Positions 27,275 through 40,223 of a stretch of 64,000 nucleotides of DNA are shown in pieces. Below the pieces are notes generated by a model. The model was given only the letters and a program-made list of their open reading frames with translations. It ran no database searches and was not told the DNA's origin. The stretch is from Squalus acanthias (taxonomy: Eukaryota), in assembly GCA_030390025.1 (NCBI GenBank), contig CM059432.1, positions 124,498,001-124,562,000 of the forward strand, written 5' to 3'. Numbering within the stretch: position 1 is the stretch's first letter; each line of letters starts with the position of its first letter. A program made the translations under genes and the position numbers.

Positions 27275-28460
27275 TGTATTGATAAAACAAATGCGGTGGA
27301 TATTGTGAATATCGATTTTCCAAATGCTTTTCACGAGGTGCAGCATAGCAGGCTTGTTGATAGTTGAGGCGCACGGTATTAGGGAAATGTGGCACCATGG
27401 ATAGAAAGTTAGATAGAGGAAAGAAAGCAGAGAGCATGTTGATGTTGATGGATGTTTTTCAGATTCGAGAGATGTAAACAGTGGTGTTCACCAGGAGTAA
27501 GTGTTAGGACCATTGCTCATAAATCAAAATTAACTTGATCTGGGAATGGGGGCACAATATCCAAATTTGGAGGCACAAATATGGCGAGCGTGGTTAACTG
27601 TGAGGAGGAGTGTAGGTGACTTTGGGCGAACATAGACAAGTTAATAGTTTGGGCCATTAGAATGTCAGATGGATTTTATGGGGGAGAAATGTGAGGTAAT
27701 ACATTTTGGGCGGTACAACAAGGAGAGGACGTATACATTAAATGCTAACATTTTAAAAGAGCAATGTGGCTTCGGGGTTCAGATACACAAATCTTTAAAG
27801 GTGAGAGAGCAAGTTATAAAGATAAAGCTGTGATAAAGATATAATTCAGGAATCCTAGGTTTTATGAACGGGGCAAAGAGTGCAGATGCATGGAGGTAAT
27901 GCTAACCCTGTATAAATCGTTGGTTAGGTTGCCGTTGGAGTATTGTATCCAGCTTTGTGCATCCTACTTTAGGAAGGATGTCAAGGCTATGGAGGGGCTA
28001 ATGAAGAGATTTACTGGGATGATGCCAGGAATGAGAAGCTTTAGTTGTAGTGAGAGACTAGAGAAGGTGGGACGCTTTTTTATTGGAGCAGAGAAGATTA
28101 CGGGGCGTTCTGATGGAGGTGTTCAAAATTATGGGGGGCTTTGATACGGTAAATAGAGGAGACTGTTTCCACTGGTCTGTGAGTCGGTAACTAAAGGCAT
28201 ACATTTAAGATCATCATCAGAGTGGTGAGTGGTTGTTGGAGCATAAAATGCCCTTCCAGAACAGTGGTGAAAGCAGAAGCCATAGTAGCTTTTAAAAGTG
28301 AAGTGGATAAATATTTGAAAAAGAAGAATTTAAAAGAGTATGGGGAAAGGGCTGGAGAATGTGAATCGTTTCCTTCAAAGAGCCAGCACAAGTGTGACGA
28401 AATGAATAGCCTTCCCTCTATGCTGACAAATTTAATGAATTTATGACTGTATGATTCTAC
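27275..28460 (+). mobile_element. Old, degraded CR1 LINE
   Basis: Reads VDIVNIDFPNAF (LDFQKAFD-like) and LYKSLVRLPLEYCIQL, with many stops and frameshifts. Confidence 0.85.
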
Positions 28461-29330
28461 CTATTGGGCTCAGAACCATGGATTTCTATGGCCATAATGT
28501 GAGTGATTCAATGGTGTCTTCACAGGAATCAGTCATAAGTTGGATGCTTTGTGGGCGAGAGGTGGCTTATGTTCACAAACACTATTGCATATAGATCAAT
28601 GCAGCTAATACCCCAGCGATACAGTTGAGCCATGTGCAATTTTTTAATAAATTAATTATTCATGAGGCTCACAGAGATTTGGGACAATTTCACATTTTGC
28701 CGTAAATATAATTCTAAATAATTCAGAAGCTGTATTTATTGAAAGATTGGGGCTCTTCAAGACTTTTACTACAAGTGAATATGCTAGCACATCAGCCACC
28801 AGGGCCCACCCACCAGAGCATTACTAAACTGGAGTTTCAATTCAGTGATACTGTGCAGCACTAAACTGAAAGTGAGAGTGGGAAGGGTAAGCATGGCAGC
28901 TGCCCGGAGGAGTCGACATGGAACCCAATTAGTGTTGATCCTGCGTCCTCATTAGAATGTTGTCAGTGAGCCTCCAGTGCAAAACACGCTCCCCAATAGG
29001 CAGATTGATGATCTGGAGGTGGAAAATCGGGCGGGGTAACCAAATGTGTAAGGGCTGCAGCAGCACGTTAAAGCGGAGAGGTAATGTGTCAGAAATGAAA
29101 AGAAGCAGCACTTTATAGCAGCAGGTAACGTGTGCAGAACCTACAGCAGCTAATACATTAAATTTGAAAGTCGTTAAGGTTCAAAACCCACAACTGGCTG
29201 CCATAGAAATGTCCACCAAACCTCCATCCAGCTCGCCTCCTGACTTGTACCGCCCATGGTTGGTGGGTGGGAGCAGGAATGCAGTCAGGGGTCTTAATTA
29301 CCTCATCCGACCCCATTTTGCATATATTAA

Positions 29331-29760
29331 TGAGCCAGAAGGTTGTGGGTTTACGTTCCACTCAAGGATTCGAGCACATAATCTAGGCTGACACTCCAGT
29401 GTAGTGCTGAGGGAGTGCTGCACTGTCGGAGGTGCCGTCTTTCAGATGAGACGTTAAACCGAGGCCACGTCTGCTCTCTCAGGTGGACGTAAAAGATCCC
29501 ATGGCACTATTTCCAAGAAGAGTAGGGAGTTCTCCCCGGTGTCCTGGCCAATATTTATCCCTCAATCAACATCACAAGAAACAGATATTCCAGGTCATTA
29601 TCACATTGCTGTTAGTGGGAACTTGCTGTGCGCAAATTGGCTGCCACGTTTCCTATATTACAACAGTGACTACACTTCAAATGTACTTCATTGGCTGTAA
29701 AGCGCTTTGGGGTGTCCTGTGGTCATGAAAGGCGCTATATAAATGCAAGTCTTTCCTTTT
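29331..29760 (+). mobile_element. SacSINE1/DeuSINE-like SINE, 5'-clipped
   Basis: Matches roughly 998-1429. Confidence 0.87.
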
Positions 29761-30307
29761 TTTCATTTTCTATCACCAAATTTCTGCCGGTGCTCCGGCC
29801 ACCAGAATGGAAATCCACCCAGAAATCGGGATGGGTGGCAACTCGACGGAAAGTTGGCATATCCACCAGTTGCATCATTTTGGTTCCGCTTCCATTCTGT
29901 TTATAAGTGCAACAGTAGCAACATGAAAATCGTCGCCCAGATTTAACTGGGAACAGTTTCCAAATTGCGTAGCACAATAATTAGATCAGCAGCAATCTTG
30001 TGATGATCGTATGATTGCAGAAATACATTTTCTAAAATCTTGTGATCATTATACTGCATGCCAGCCTATTCTCAATTGTTCTGTCAACAATGGTTGTTTG
30101 TAAAGCCACTGCCTGAGCCTTTCAAAAATAACTTATGCAAGTTTGATGATTGTAAAGAACTTACAAAGATTAGTTTGGAACAAAGCTAGGAGAGTGGTTA
30201 AATACCCACCTGTCCTAAAATCCTGGACAAATATATTAATTATGGTTTCCCATATGCTCTGATGCAAGGATTGTCCCTTCTTTTCTGTTTGCTTTTCAAA
30301 TAGTCAA

Positions 30308-32788
30308 TGGCCCAGATTTTGTGGTCAGCAGCAAAGGAACGGCGCCTGCCGTTCACCTCGCTGACAGCTGCCCACAAAACTTTTGCGGGCTTTTGAGCGG
30401 AGACTTGCTCTAATCCGGCGTCTGATCCAGCATGGCGCCCTCTACAGGGGATCTGTGGTGTCTGTGCTCAGGACAAGAAACAGCAAAACTCTTCACCCAA
30501 TCAGATTGAAGAATCCTAACTGAGACACGCAGGGCTGGATTTTGCGGGGGGGGGCGGGGGTGTGGTCAGCGGGCACGATCGGTGGCGGGACGGGTGGGAA
30601 AGTGTTTTATTTTCCCCAGCGGGTTGGGACCCCGCTGTGAACCCGCCGCCACACGCCTTTCCCCGATGTCGGGTCTGTCAGCACTGAGCAGACCCGACAC
30701 ACAGCGGCGGGTTCACAGCAGGGGAACCAATTCAGGTAATTAGTGGCTTGTTTAGAGTCACTTAAGAATTAATTTCAGCTCAGCTTCTGCATTTGACAGC
30801 TCGCCCACGGGGTCCACGCTGGTCGTGAACCACGTCTGTCAAGCTGAAGCAGGAGTTCAGTGGCCATTGAATCAGCTGTTGAGTTGACAGCTTCAAATGT
30901 ACAGTAAAAGCTCCCACCTTACAGAGATATCTTCCCTCAGCCACAAACTCTTCCTCACTGCATTTCCACAACAGATTCAGGATGCTGCAAGTCTTTACAC
31001 AAGTCTCCATCCAGTCTTACCTCATTACCTCTCTCACCATTGACAGATCGATTCTGTAGTCTCTACTTCACCTGACATCTATACCATTAGCATGGGTGCC
31101 CATTATGCTCTCTCACCTTGGTCCTCAGAATCCCACCACGATCAACACCAACACCAGCAGCACCAGGCACACCAGCAGCACCAACAACAACACCACCAAC
31201 CTTCTCCACAATCACCTGATGCTGCACAGGACAGAGGGCATCAGCATCCAAGCACATTACAGATTTACTTCACTTGATGCTGTATACCCTGGCTGCTACA
31301 TGATGCACCAGGCTGGCACCACCCCACACCAACACCATGAAGCATCCCTACAATGCCCAAGCCATTTCGTTTACACTCATCGCCATTGCGGGGCGTACCA
31401 TTATGTCTCACCATTCACTGCAACTCACTAAGCCACTTCCAAAGGTGCACACAAATCTGTCCAAGAATGCGAAGTGTTGAAAATAAAGGTTTCAATGTTT
31501 GACACCACATTAACAGAAACTTTACATGAACATTGCATAAAACACCCAAGTGCCTACCCTTGTGTGTTGTTAGTTGGTATAATTGCACTAGGATGAGGGT
31601 GAGTGTGAGGGGTGGCTAGTGAGATGGGGATGTGATAGTGTAGATAGAGTGGATGGATGGAGGTGAAAGGTAAGTTGGTGTGAGTAAAGATGTGCAGGAG
31701 TAGGGTAGGGAAGGCAGAGTGATGGGGATGTGATGAGAGGCACAGCAGGATAAGGTTGAGTGTGGCTTGGCAGTAACGTTTCGTGATCTACGGAAATCAT
31801 TGAAAGGTTTGCACCACTGCAGCCAGGTCCTCCTGACCACATCCCTGCTTGTGCCCTCCTCTGCAATGTGCAACCAGGCTGTGTTCCATGGGAAGGAAAG
31901 AGGACCTTCCTGCATGCTGTGACTCCCTCCATAAGCATATGGAGGGAGTCATGGGAGAGCCTGGGTGCAGCTGTGCACCTCTGTGCAGTGACTGTCAGTG
32001 TTTGCAGCATCTCAATGCTGTAGAACACTGACAGCACATGGTCCCTTTAAGGAAACCGGCTGATGACGCGTCATCAAATGACATCACCAGACCCACTTCC
32101 TCTAATTTGCCGGCAAATGCGCTGGGCGGGCTTAACAAGCCCAATCAAGGGAAATTCATTTCAGAGGCCAGGATGGAGACAGCAGCGGGGTTGGGACCCG
32201 CCACCGACATCACCCACCACGGACCCACCGAGGTTCGTAAAATCGCAGCCGCAGACTCTAATCCAGGAAGTATAAAGCAGGAAATATAAATTAGATTTAA
32301 AACATATACAGAAAGCTAAATAAAGTTTGGAAAGACAGATGGAGTTTAGAGAGAGAGATAAAATAGACTGAAAAAGTAAAAAAAAATTATTTGATTTTTT
32401 TAAAAATCTCCAACACTAATTAACTTCTGAAGGAATGAGAAATTAAATTTTCAGTGCCAGAGAGGTTGTTTGGCAGTAATTATCATATATCACGCTGTTG
32501 AAAATTCACTTACTGCTGAATGCACCAGCCCTAACTTTTTCTGTCATCTTTAGTGGGGAACTAGTGGGAAAGTAGCCCAACTTCACGCCATTGCATTGAT
32601 TTCAATGCCGAGTTGATTGGTGAGGTTCTGTTATAGTGCACCCTTTGGAGGGGTATCTCGAACAGCAACTTCCGGATTTCTGCGTTTAACTGCGCATGTG
32701 CAGACGCCGAAGTTGCTGTCCGATTTATTCCGTTATAACGGTGAGCGCTGTTAGCCTCACTGTTATTCCTACCGCAAAATCCGGGCCC
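30308..32788. mobile_element. MITE (~760 bp once the nested element is removed) hosting a Harbinger insertion
   Basis: TIRs TGGCCCAGATTTTGTGGT / ACCGCAAAATCCGGGCCC. Confidence 0.7.
30532..32250 (-). mobile_element. Non-autonomous Harbinger element (1.7 kb)
   Basis: Termini GGGCTGGATTTTGCG / CGTAAAATCGCAGCC, with GCA duplicated (30529-30531, 32251-32253). Transposase N/C remnant on + (31092-31277); Myb exon 1 remnant on - (~31790-31990). Confidence 0.85.
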
Positions 32789-33444
32789 ATATGATCCTGA
32801 TATTTTTTGTTCCCCTCTCTTATTTAACTTATTGCAGCTCTAAATATTTTCTAATTCAGTCATACTATGAAGATATAAATGCTGCTCGTATACAGACGAA
32901 AGAAAAGATCTAAAATCAAATGAGATATTGGGGATGTCATTCAACTTCTGGGGGGCGGACGGTGTAAAACGGGCAGTCGCGGATTAGCTGCTCTCATACA
33001 CACTGCCCAATTTTGAAGTCAATGGAAAGGAAAATCGTGGCGAAGGGAGCGTATAACAGGTGGATGATCCGCTATCGCCCATTTTGTGCCCCTGCTGAAG
33101 TTGAATCTCAACCCCAGTGTTACAGGTTTAGGGCGTTGCCATAAATATTTTCTCGGGTACACAGTGCCAGTTACTTCTGAACGCAGTCTGATCATTTTGT
33201 GTTTATGGGTGCACCCATTTTGCCCAATATCTAACTACATGAAAGTGTAACCCGGGGGTGCAACAACAGTAAAGCCCTGTGATCTGAACTGGATATTGCT
33301 GTCTTTCGTACATGTGCTTCTTCAATCTCTTCAAAGACAAATTGAGAAAACACTTGGTCAGGCAAGGTCATTCAGCTTCAGCGAGTAAAAATACAAAGCA
33401 ACAGTTATTATCAGGTTCACTTAGTTCAATCAGTATATCTTGTC

Positions 33445-34291
33445 TTCACAGCGTTCCATCTGAATAACCACGCCGCCAGGAAAGAACTCAATGTTTCATT
33501 CTATGGAAGGAGATTTCCCACCAAAAATACCTGGGCCAGATCCTGGACAGGACTCTCACCTATCGGCCTCATCTCACCAACACCGGCCAAAAGGTAAAAA
33601 ACCAGGGTGAGCCTAGTCCGGAAACTCACTGGAACGTCATGAGGGAGCACAGCCAGAACACTTCGCACCGCAACGGTGGCCTAGTCTATTCTGCTGCAGA
33701 ATCCTGCTCTGCCTCATGGTCCTGCAGCCTCCACACACAGATCGTGGACGTGCAGGTAAATGCCGCCATGAGGACGGTGTCAGGCACGCTCAAATCCGCT
33801 CCAACTGAATGTCTCCCAGTGGTGTCCCACATTGCCCCGTCTGCCATTCGCCACGACGCCACCGTGCTCCGTGAGATGGACAAAATCATGAGCAACATCG
33901 ACCTTCCCATTCACGAACACTTGAAAAACCCACCACAAAAGCACTTCAAATGGCGCCGGCCATTCTGGGAAACAGCAGCCAATAGTCATGCAGCTGTTAT
34001 CGACCCACTATCCAAATGGATGGAATCGTGGGACGCATGCAACATAACGAACCAACACCTCATCACTGACCCAACAGCAGAGGTTCCTGGCTCCCACCTC
34101 CCTCGAAGACAGTGGACAGCGCTCAACCCAATCTGCACAGGGTGCGGCCGATGCGGCCACCCACTCCACAAGTGGAAGATGAGGGACGACCTGAAGTGCG
34201 ACTGTTGCCACGAGTCCCAGACCACAGAACAGATCACTTCAGCCTGCCCACTAAGATCTGCTGCGGGAGGCACCTCATTTCTCCACTCGGC
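33445..34291 (+). mobile_element. Vingi/Ingi-like (I-group) non-LTR retrotransposon, 3' ORF fragment
   Basis: Reads TAFHLNNHAARKELNV, LVYSAAESCSASW...VDVQVNAAMRTVSGTLKS...LPVVSHIAP, and a C-terminal Cys/His knuckle region CGRCGHPLHKW...KCDC...QTTEQITSACPLR. Cut by a CR1 at 34292. Confidence 0.7.
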
Positions 34292-35712
34292 ATAAGAACA
34301 TAAGAACATAAGAAATAGGAGCAGGAGTCGGCCGTTTGGCCCCCTAAGCCTGCTCCGCCATTCAATAAGATCATGGCTGATCTGGTCTTGGCCTCAACTC
34401 CACTTTCCTGCCCGTTCCCCATAACCCTTGACTCCCTTATCGTTCAAGAATCTGTCTATCTCCACCTTAAATATATTCAATGATCCAGCCTCCACAGCTC
34501 TCTGCGGTAGAGAATTCCAAAGATTCACAACCCTTTGAGAGAAGAAATTCCTTCTCATCTCCGTTTTAAATGGGCAACCCCTTATTCTGAAACTATAGCC
34601 CCTAGTTCTAGATTCCCCCATGAGGGGAAACGTCCTCTCTGCATCTACCCTGACAAGCCCCCTCAGAATCTTATATGTTTCAATAAGATCACCTCTCATT
34701 CTTCTAAACTCCAATGAGTATAGGCCCAACCTGCTCAACCTTTCTTCATAAGACAACCCCTTCATCTCAGGAATCAACCTAGTCAACCTTCTCTGAACTG
34801 CCTCCAATGCAAGTATATCCCTCCTGAAATAAGGAGACCAAAACTGTACGCAGTACTCCAGGTGTGGTCTCACCAACGCCCTGTACAGTTGTAACAAGAC
34901 TTCCCTACTTTTATACTCCATCCCATGCAATAAAGGCCAACATTTCATTTGCCTTCCTAATCACTTGCTGTACCTGCATGCTAACTTTTTGTGTTTCATG
35001 TACGAGGACCCCCAGATCCCTCTGTACCACAGCATTTTGTAGTCTCTCTCCATTTAAATAATAATTTGCTTTTTTATTTTACCTACCAAAGTGGATAACT
35101 TCACATTTTCCCACATTATACTCCATCTGCCAATTTTTTGCCCACTCACTTAACCTATCTATATCCCTTTGCAGATTCTTTGTGTCCTTTTCACAACTTC
35201 CTTTCCCACGTATCTTTGTATCATCAGCAAATTTGGCTACATTACACTCGGTCCCTTCATCCAAGTCATTAATATAGATTGTAAACAGCTGAGGCCCCAG
35301 CACTGATCCCTGTGGCACCCCACTAGTTACAGTTTGTCAACCTGAAAATGACCCATTTATCCCGACTCTCTGTTTCCTGTTAGTTAGCCAATCCTCTATC
35401 CATGCTAATATATTACCCCCAACCCCATGAGCTCTTATCGTGTGCAGTAACCTTTTATATGGCACCTTATTGAATGCCTTCTGGAAATCCAAATACACTA
35501 CATCTATTGGTTCCCCTTCATCCACCCTGCTCGTTACATACTCAAAGAACTCTAGCAAATTTGTCAAACATGATTTCCCTTTCATAAAACCATGCTGACT
35601 CTGCATGATTGTATTATGATTTTCTAAATGTACTGCTACTACTTCCTTAATAATGGACTCCAGCATTTTCCCAATGACAGATGTTAGGCTAACTGGTCTA
35701 TAGTGTCCTGCT
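34292..35712 (-). mobile_element. CR1 LINE, 5'-truncated, with stops and frameshifts
   Basis: Reads SQHGFMKGKSCLTNLLEFF, YLDFQKAF, PQGSVLGPQLF, KFADDTK, with a (TTCTTATG)n tail at 34292-34315. Confidence 0.95.
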
Positions 35713-36456
35713 TTTACTTATTTGAATATTTTATATTCTGTGGATATATGAGGGTCAATTTTGTGAGGCCCATGCTGCCAGTGCATACTGGAAAATGTAT
35801 CCAGTGCTGTCGGTCAGGGGGCCATCGAATGGATAGCCAAACTAGACATCCCATTATTAGACTTTCCCTTCATACGAAACAACAACGTATTAATACAAAA
35901 TAATGAACATGCCATCGTTTCTCACATCAGTGGGTCATCTTACTTGACTTAAATAAAATAATTCCTAGCTAATTTTCTCCCTTCACTTCCTGGTCAAAGC
36001 CTTTCCTCGTAGCTTTCCATTTTCAAAACCTGACTGACTCCACAGTCTTTGGTGGACCTGGCTGCCGGCCTGTGTCTCTGTCTCCGTTTTTATCACACTG
36101 TGTTCACAGCCAGAAAAGGACTGAAAGCTTCCCAACATAATCAGCATGTGTTGTTTATCATTTGCCAAGCCAGGCTAATAAATTCTTTATTATTTACAGT
36201 CAATGGGGAACCAACATCAAAGCTTGCAATAGCATTTTAACCACCTATTTTAAAAAGTTGTGTGAACACGTATTTCTTTAAACACCCAATGTTTAAAGTA
36301 ACTCTTTTTCCAATCCTTTCTGTGGAAAAATGGCCAAAAAACCTCTAAACATGACCGACAGCACTGGATAAATTTTCTAGTATGCACTGGCAGCGTGGGC
36401 CTCACAAAATTGACCCTCACATATCCACAGAATATAAAATATTCAAATAAATAAAA
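35712..36456. repeat. 105 bp inverted repeat pair (35712-35816 / 36352-36456)
   Basis: Manual alignment gives 5 mismatches in 105 bp, with a 535 bp spacer. Confidence 0.9.
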
Positions 36457-36860
36457 AATAAATATTTTCATTTATTTACTTGCAATCTTATTCCATTGTC
36501 AAAACTTTTTAACATTTCACATAGTTAATTACTTTTGCAGTGCAGTGACCGCTTGTTATGTAAACAAGTCATATAAGACACAACCTATAGATAACTGTTC
36601 TGTGGAATAAAATTGCTGCCCCTGGATATCAGGGTAGGTTTCCCCCTCAACTGCACATTTTCCTGAGAGGACCAATTTGTGTTGAGGACCTCTTGGAGCA
36701 TCTCACGGAGCCGCCCTGCTCGTCTTTCTTCTGGCTTACATTCTGCCTCAACACTAAAACTTGCTTGTACTTCTTTATGCTAAACAGCAACTCTTTAATA
36801 GTGGAATTTGGATGCAGTAGAGGTGGGGGCACTGTAATTTGGGATAAAAACTGAATCTAC

Positions 36861-37061
36861 CGTATTTTCGTTCCTCGACAGAATGCACAGCAAATTCCAA
36901 TAGGGAGATAGAGGCAGCGCTTCTTTTCCCCGCCCCGCTACCTTGTGACCGCAGTTTGACGAACTACCCGAGGAATTCTATCAGATACGTCGCTGATAGG
37001 TCCAGCAGCATCTACATCTCCACAGAGCAAGGATAGGCGCTGTTCTGCGACGCATGCAGGC
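36861..37061 (-). promoter_or_regulatory. Candidate promoter and first non-coding exon (possibly of the CCDC102 gene)
   Basis: Local CpG enrichment in non-repeat DNA, GC box CCCCGCCCCGC (36928-36938), NRF1-like GCGACGCATGC, and a minus-strand donor ACG|GTAGAT at 36861/36860. Confidence 0.35.
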
Positions 37062-40000
37062 TGTAGAATTCGCAAAATTATCGCGATTTTATAAAATAAG
37101 AAGGAGACATAAAGTTTCGTACAAACAGCTTTATTTCAGCAGAATGCTGTCAGGTTTTCAAAGCGGACACAAACAGCCTGTAAAATGGCCGCCACGCCTC
37201 GTGGCAGAACGTTCTAGACTTTCAATGAGCAGACAAGATGGCGTTCCAATAAACATTTGTGCAAGATCGTACAGGACTCAGCACATTTGAGATAATTGAC
37301 AAGACATAATGGGTTTGCATTTTATACATAAATACTGGAATCGATCTCCCAGGTGCGAATAAGGGCTATTGTACCGAGCGATCAAGAACCCATCCAAAGA
37401 CATTAATATGCAAATTCCCCACGACTCTACGATGAGAGAGCCGTTTGCGGGTAGTTACAGAAAGCATTTGGAAGCCCCAAAACCCCTCCAGGGAGACTAC
37501 GAGCCGGTTACACAATGGGAGAAGTATTAACGGCTACTCAGACAGTTACAAGTATCACCGAAACCCATTAAAACGGAGATCACCCTATACAAGAAGTTTG
37601 AGCGCCAAAACCCTGACAAAGGATAGACATTAAGATTGGGCGGGAAAAGAGGAATTACAGCACTATAACTGTAAGGTACAACCGTCCATCTGTCTCTTGT
37701 TGCTCTTGTCTCTTGCCGCCTGCCTCTTGCTGCTCTTGCTGTTTTGACTCGCTGGAAGACTGTTGAACTTTTATTCCCTTGCCTGACGGCTCTGGACTCT
37801 GATCCGCTAGGATCAACCTCGTGGCTTGCCGCGAAGATCTGTGTAGAACTGGGCTGTGAGGCCTTGAAACGGGCACACCATCCCGAGAAGTCGGTAAACG
37901 GTGTTGGAACCGAAGCCCCGAGATGAGATAAGATGAGATGAGATGAGATGAGAAGAGAAGAAGACGACAATACGTATCGCCACGGTCAGTATTCCAACAT
38001 TCCTTAGACTCTGGATCAGTTCCGATGGAGTGGAGGGTGGCCAATGTAACCCCTCTTTTTAAAAAAGGAGGGAGGGAGAAAGCAGGGAATTATAGACCGG
38101 TCAGCCTGACATCGGTCGTGGGTAAAATGATGGAAGCAATTATTAAAGATGTCATAACAGACCATTTGGAAAGTGGCGACATGATAGGTCCAAGTCAGCA
38201 TGGATTTGTGAAAGGGAAATCATGCTTGACAAATCTTCTGGAATTTTTTGAGGATGTTTCCAATAGGGTGGACAGGGGGGAACCAGTAGATGTGGTGTAT
38301 TTGGACTTTCAGAAGGCCTTCGACAAGGTCCCACACAAGAGATTGGTGAGCAAAGTTAAAGCACATGGGATTGGGGGTAATGTGTTGACGTGGATTGAGA
38401 ACTGGTTGGCACACAGGAAACAAAGAGTAGGAGTAAATGGGTACTTTTCAGAATGGCAGGCAGTGACCAGCGGGGTACCGCAGGGTTCGGTGCTGGGACC
38501 CCAGCTGTTTACATTATATATTAATGATTTGGACGAAGGGATTAAATGTAATATCTCCAAATTTGCGGATGACACTAAATTGGGAGGCAGTGTGAACAAT
38601 GAGGAAGATGCTAGGAGGCTACAGAGTGACTTGGACAGGTTGGGTGAATGGGCAAATGTATGGCAGATGAAGTACAATGTGGATAAATGTGAGGTTATCC
38701 ACTTTGGTGGTAAAAATAGAGAGGCGGACTATTACCTGAATGGTGGCAGATTAGGGAAAGGGGACGTGCAACGAGACCTGGGCGTCATGGTACATCAGTC
38801 ACTGAAGGTGGGAATGCAAGTGCAGCAGGCAGTCAAAAAAGCAAACGGAATGATGGCCTTCATAGCAAGGGGATTTGAGTACAGGAGTAGGGAGGTGATG
38901 CTACAGTTGTACAGGGCCTTGGTGAGGCCACACCTGGAGTATTGTGCGCAGTTTTGGTCTCCTAACTTAAGGAAGGACATTCTTGCTATTGAGGGAGTGC
39001 AGCGAAGGTTCACTAGATTGATTCCTGGGATGGCCGGACTGACATATCAAGAAAGATTGGGTCAACTGAACTTGTATCCTCTGGAGTTCAGAAGAATGAG
39101 GGGGGATCTTATAGAGACATTTAAAATCCTGACTGGTTTAGACAAATTAGATGCGGGCAGAATGTTCCCAATGGTAGGGAAAACTAGAACCAGGGGTCAC
39201 AGTCTAAGGATTAAGGGGAAGCCATTTAGGACTGAGCTGAGGAGGAACTTCTTCACCCAGAGAGTGGTGAATCTATGGAATTCTCTTCCACAGAAGGTTG
39301 TTGAGGCCAGTTCGCTAAATATATTCAAAAGGGAGTTAGATATAACACTCACAACTAAGGGGATCAAGGGGTATGGCGAGAAAGCAGGAATGGGGTACTG
39401 AGGTAGCATGTTCAGCCATGAACGCATTGAATGGCGGTGCAGGCTCGAAGGACCGAATGGTCTACTCCTGTACCTATTTTCTATGTTTCTATGTTTCTAT
39501 GTAAGCCCCGACCGCGCCTGTAGGTCGAATAAACACTTTCCTTGCCCAGGAAGACCATTTTTTGAATTTTACAAACTGGTGAGGGCACAGGAAGACTCTT
39601 CTTCGAGCAGTATCGGAACTCCGAGGACAACACAGATCTTCATGACAGCAGACGGTCCAGCCTGCTAGCCGGAGCAGAGACGAGTAAACAAGTGTGGTAC
39701 AGAGACCCCTGATCAACACGTGGATAGTCAGGTGCTGCGGGAAAAACATCCGAGCAGAGTTTCGGAATTCTCCGAGTTATCACGAGTGGTGAGCATGAGT
39801 CTCGATCCTACAAATCTAGTTTAGGACAGGTATTGATAGGGGAGGGTTTAAGTTTTAAGGATAAGTATAATGTGTGTCCCTTTTTACGATGTGTCATGCG
39901 CTCCTCGTTTCCCTAAAATTAGTTACATAACTGTGTGTAAGATTGTACTGTCATTAATCTGTGCTTATGACATGTATCTCGTAATCTTGAATAATATGCA

Positions 40001-40223
40001 ATAAAGATTTTCCATTTCGCACTATTCAACCGGGTCTACCTGAGTTTTTCTCTGCATTATTGCTCTCGCACCTAAGTCCAGTGTCAGAACCGTAAGGGCG
40101 AGTGGGTCGAACCACTCACAGGTGTCTAGTGTTATCAGGCTGGCTGGAGACCAGAACAGGCAACAAGGCCTAACCCCGCACTAGCACCCAGGCTAAGCAC
40201 AGAGCCGCAGGTCACCCCTTACA
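37062..40223 (+). mobile_element. Long solo LTR (~1650 bp without the nested CR1) of an ERV or Gypsy-type element
   Basis: Termini TGTA...TACA, with AGGC duplicated (37058-37061, 40224-40227). Internal ATTGG / GGGCGG / TATAA cluster (37635-37668), AATAAA at 39528 and 40000. No PBS or PPT outside the ends. Confidence 0.8.
37992..39500 (+). mobile_element. Young 5'-truncated CR1 LINE with an uninterrupted RT ORF, nested in the solo LTR
   Basis: ORF 38025-39401 (458 aa) contains YRPVSLTS, YLDFQKAFDKV, GVPQGSVLGP and FADD. It has a (TTTCTATG)n tail, and GTA is present at both junctions. Confidence 0.96.

Noticed and set aside
37920..37965. (GAGAT)n repeats, along with (TTTCTATG)n and (CATAAGAA)n elsewhere, as a possible array
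   Set aside because: These are a simple microsatellite and CR1 tails. There is no repeat-spacer structure, so they are not CRISPR-like.
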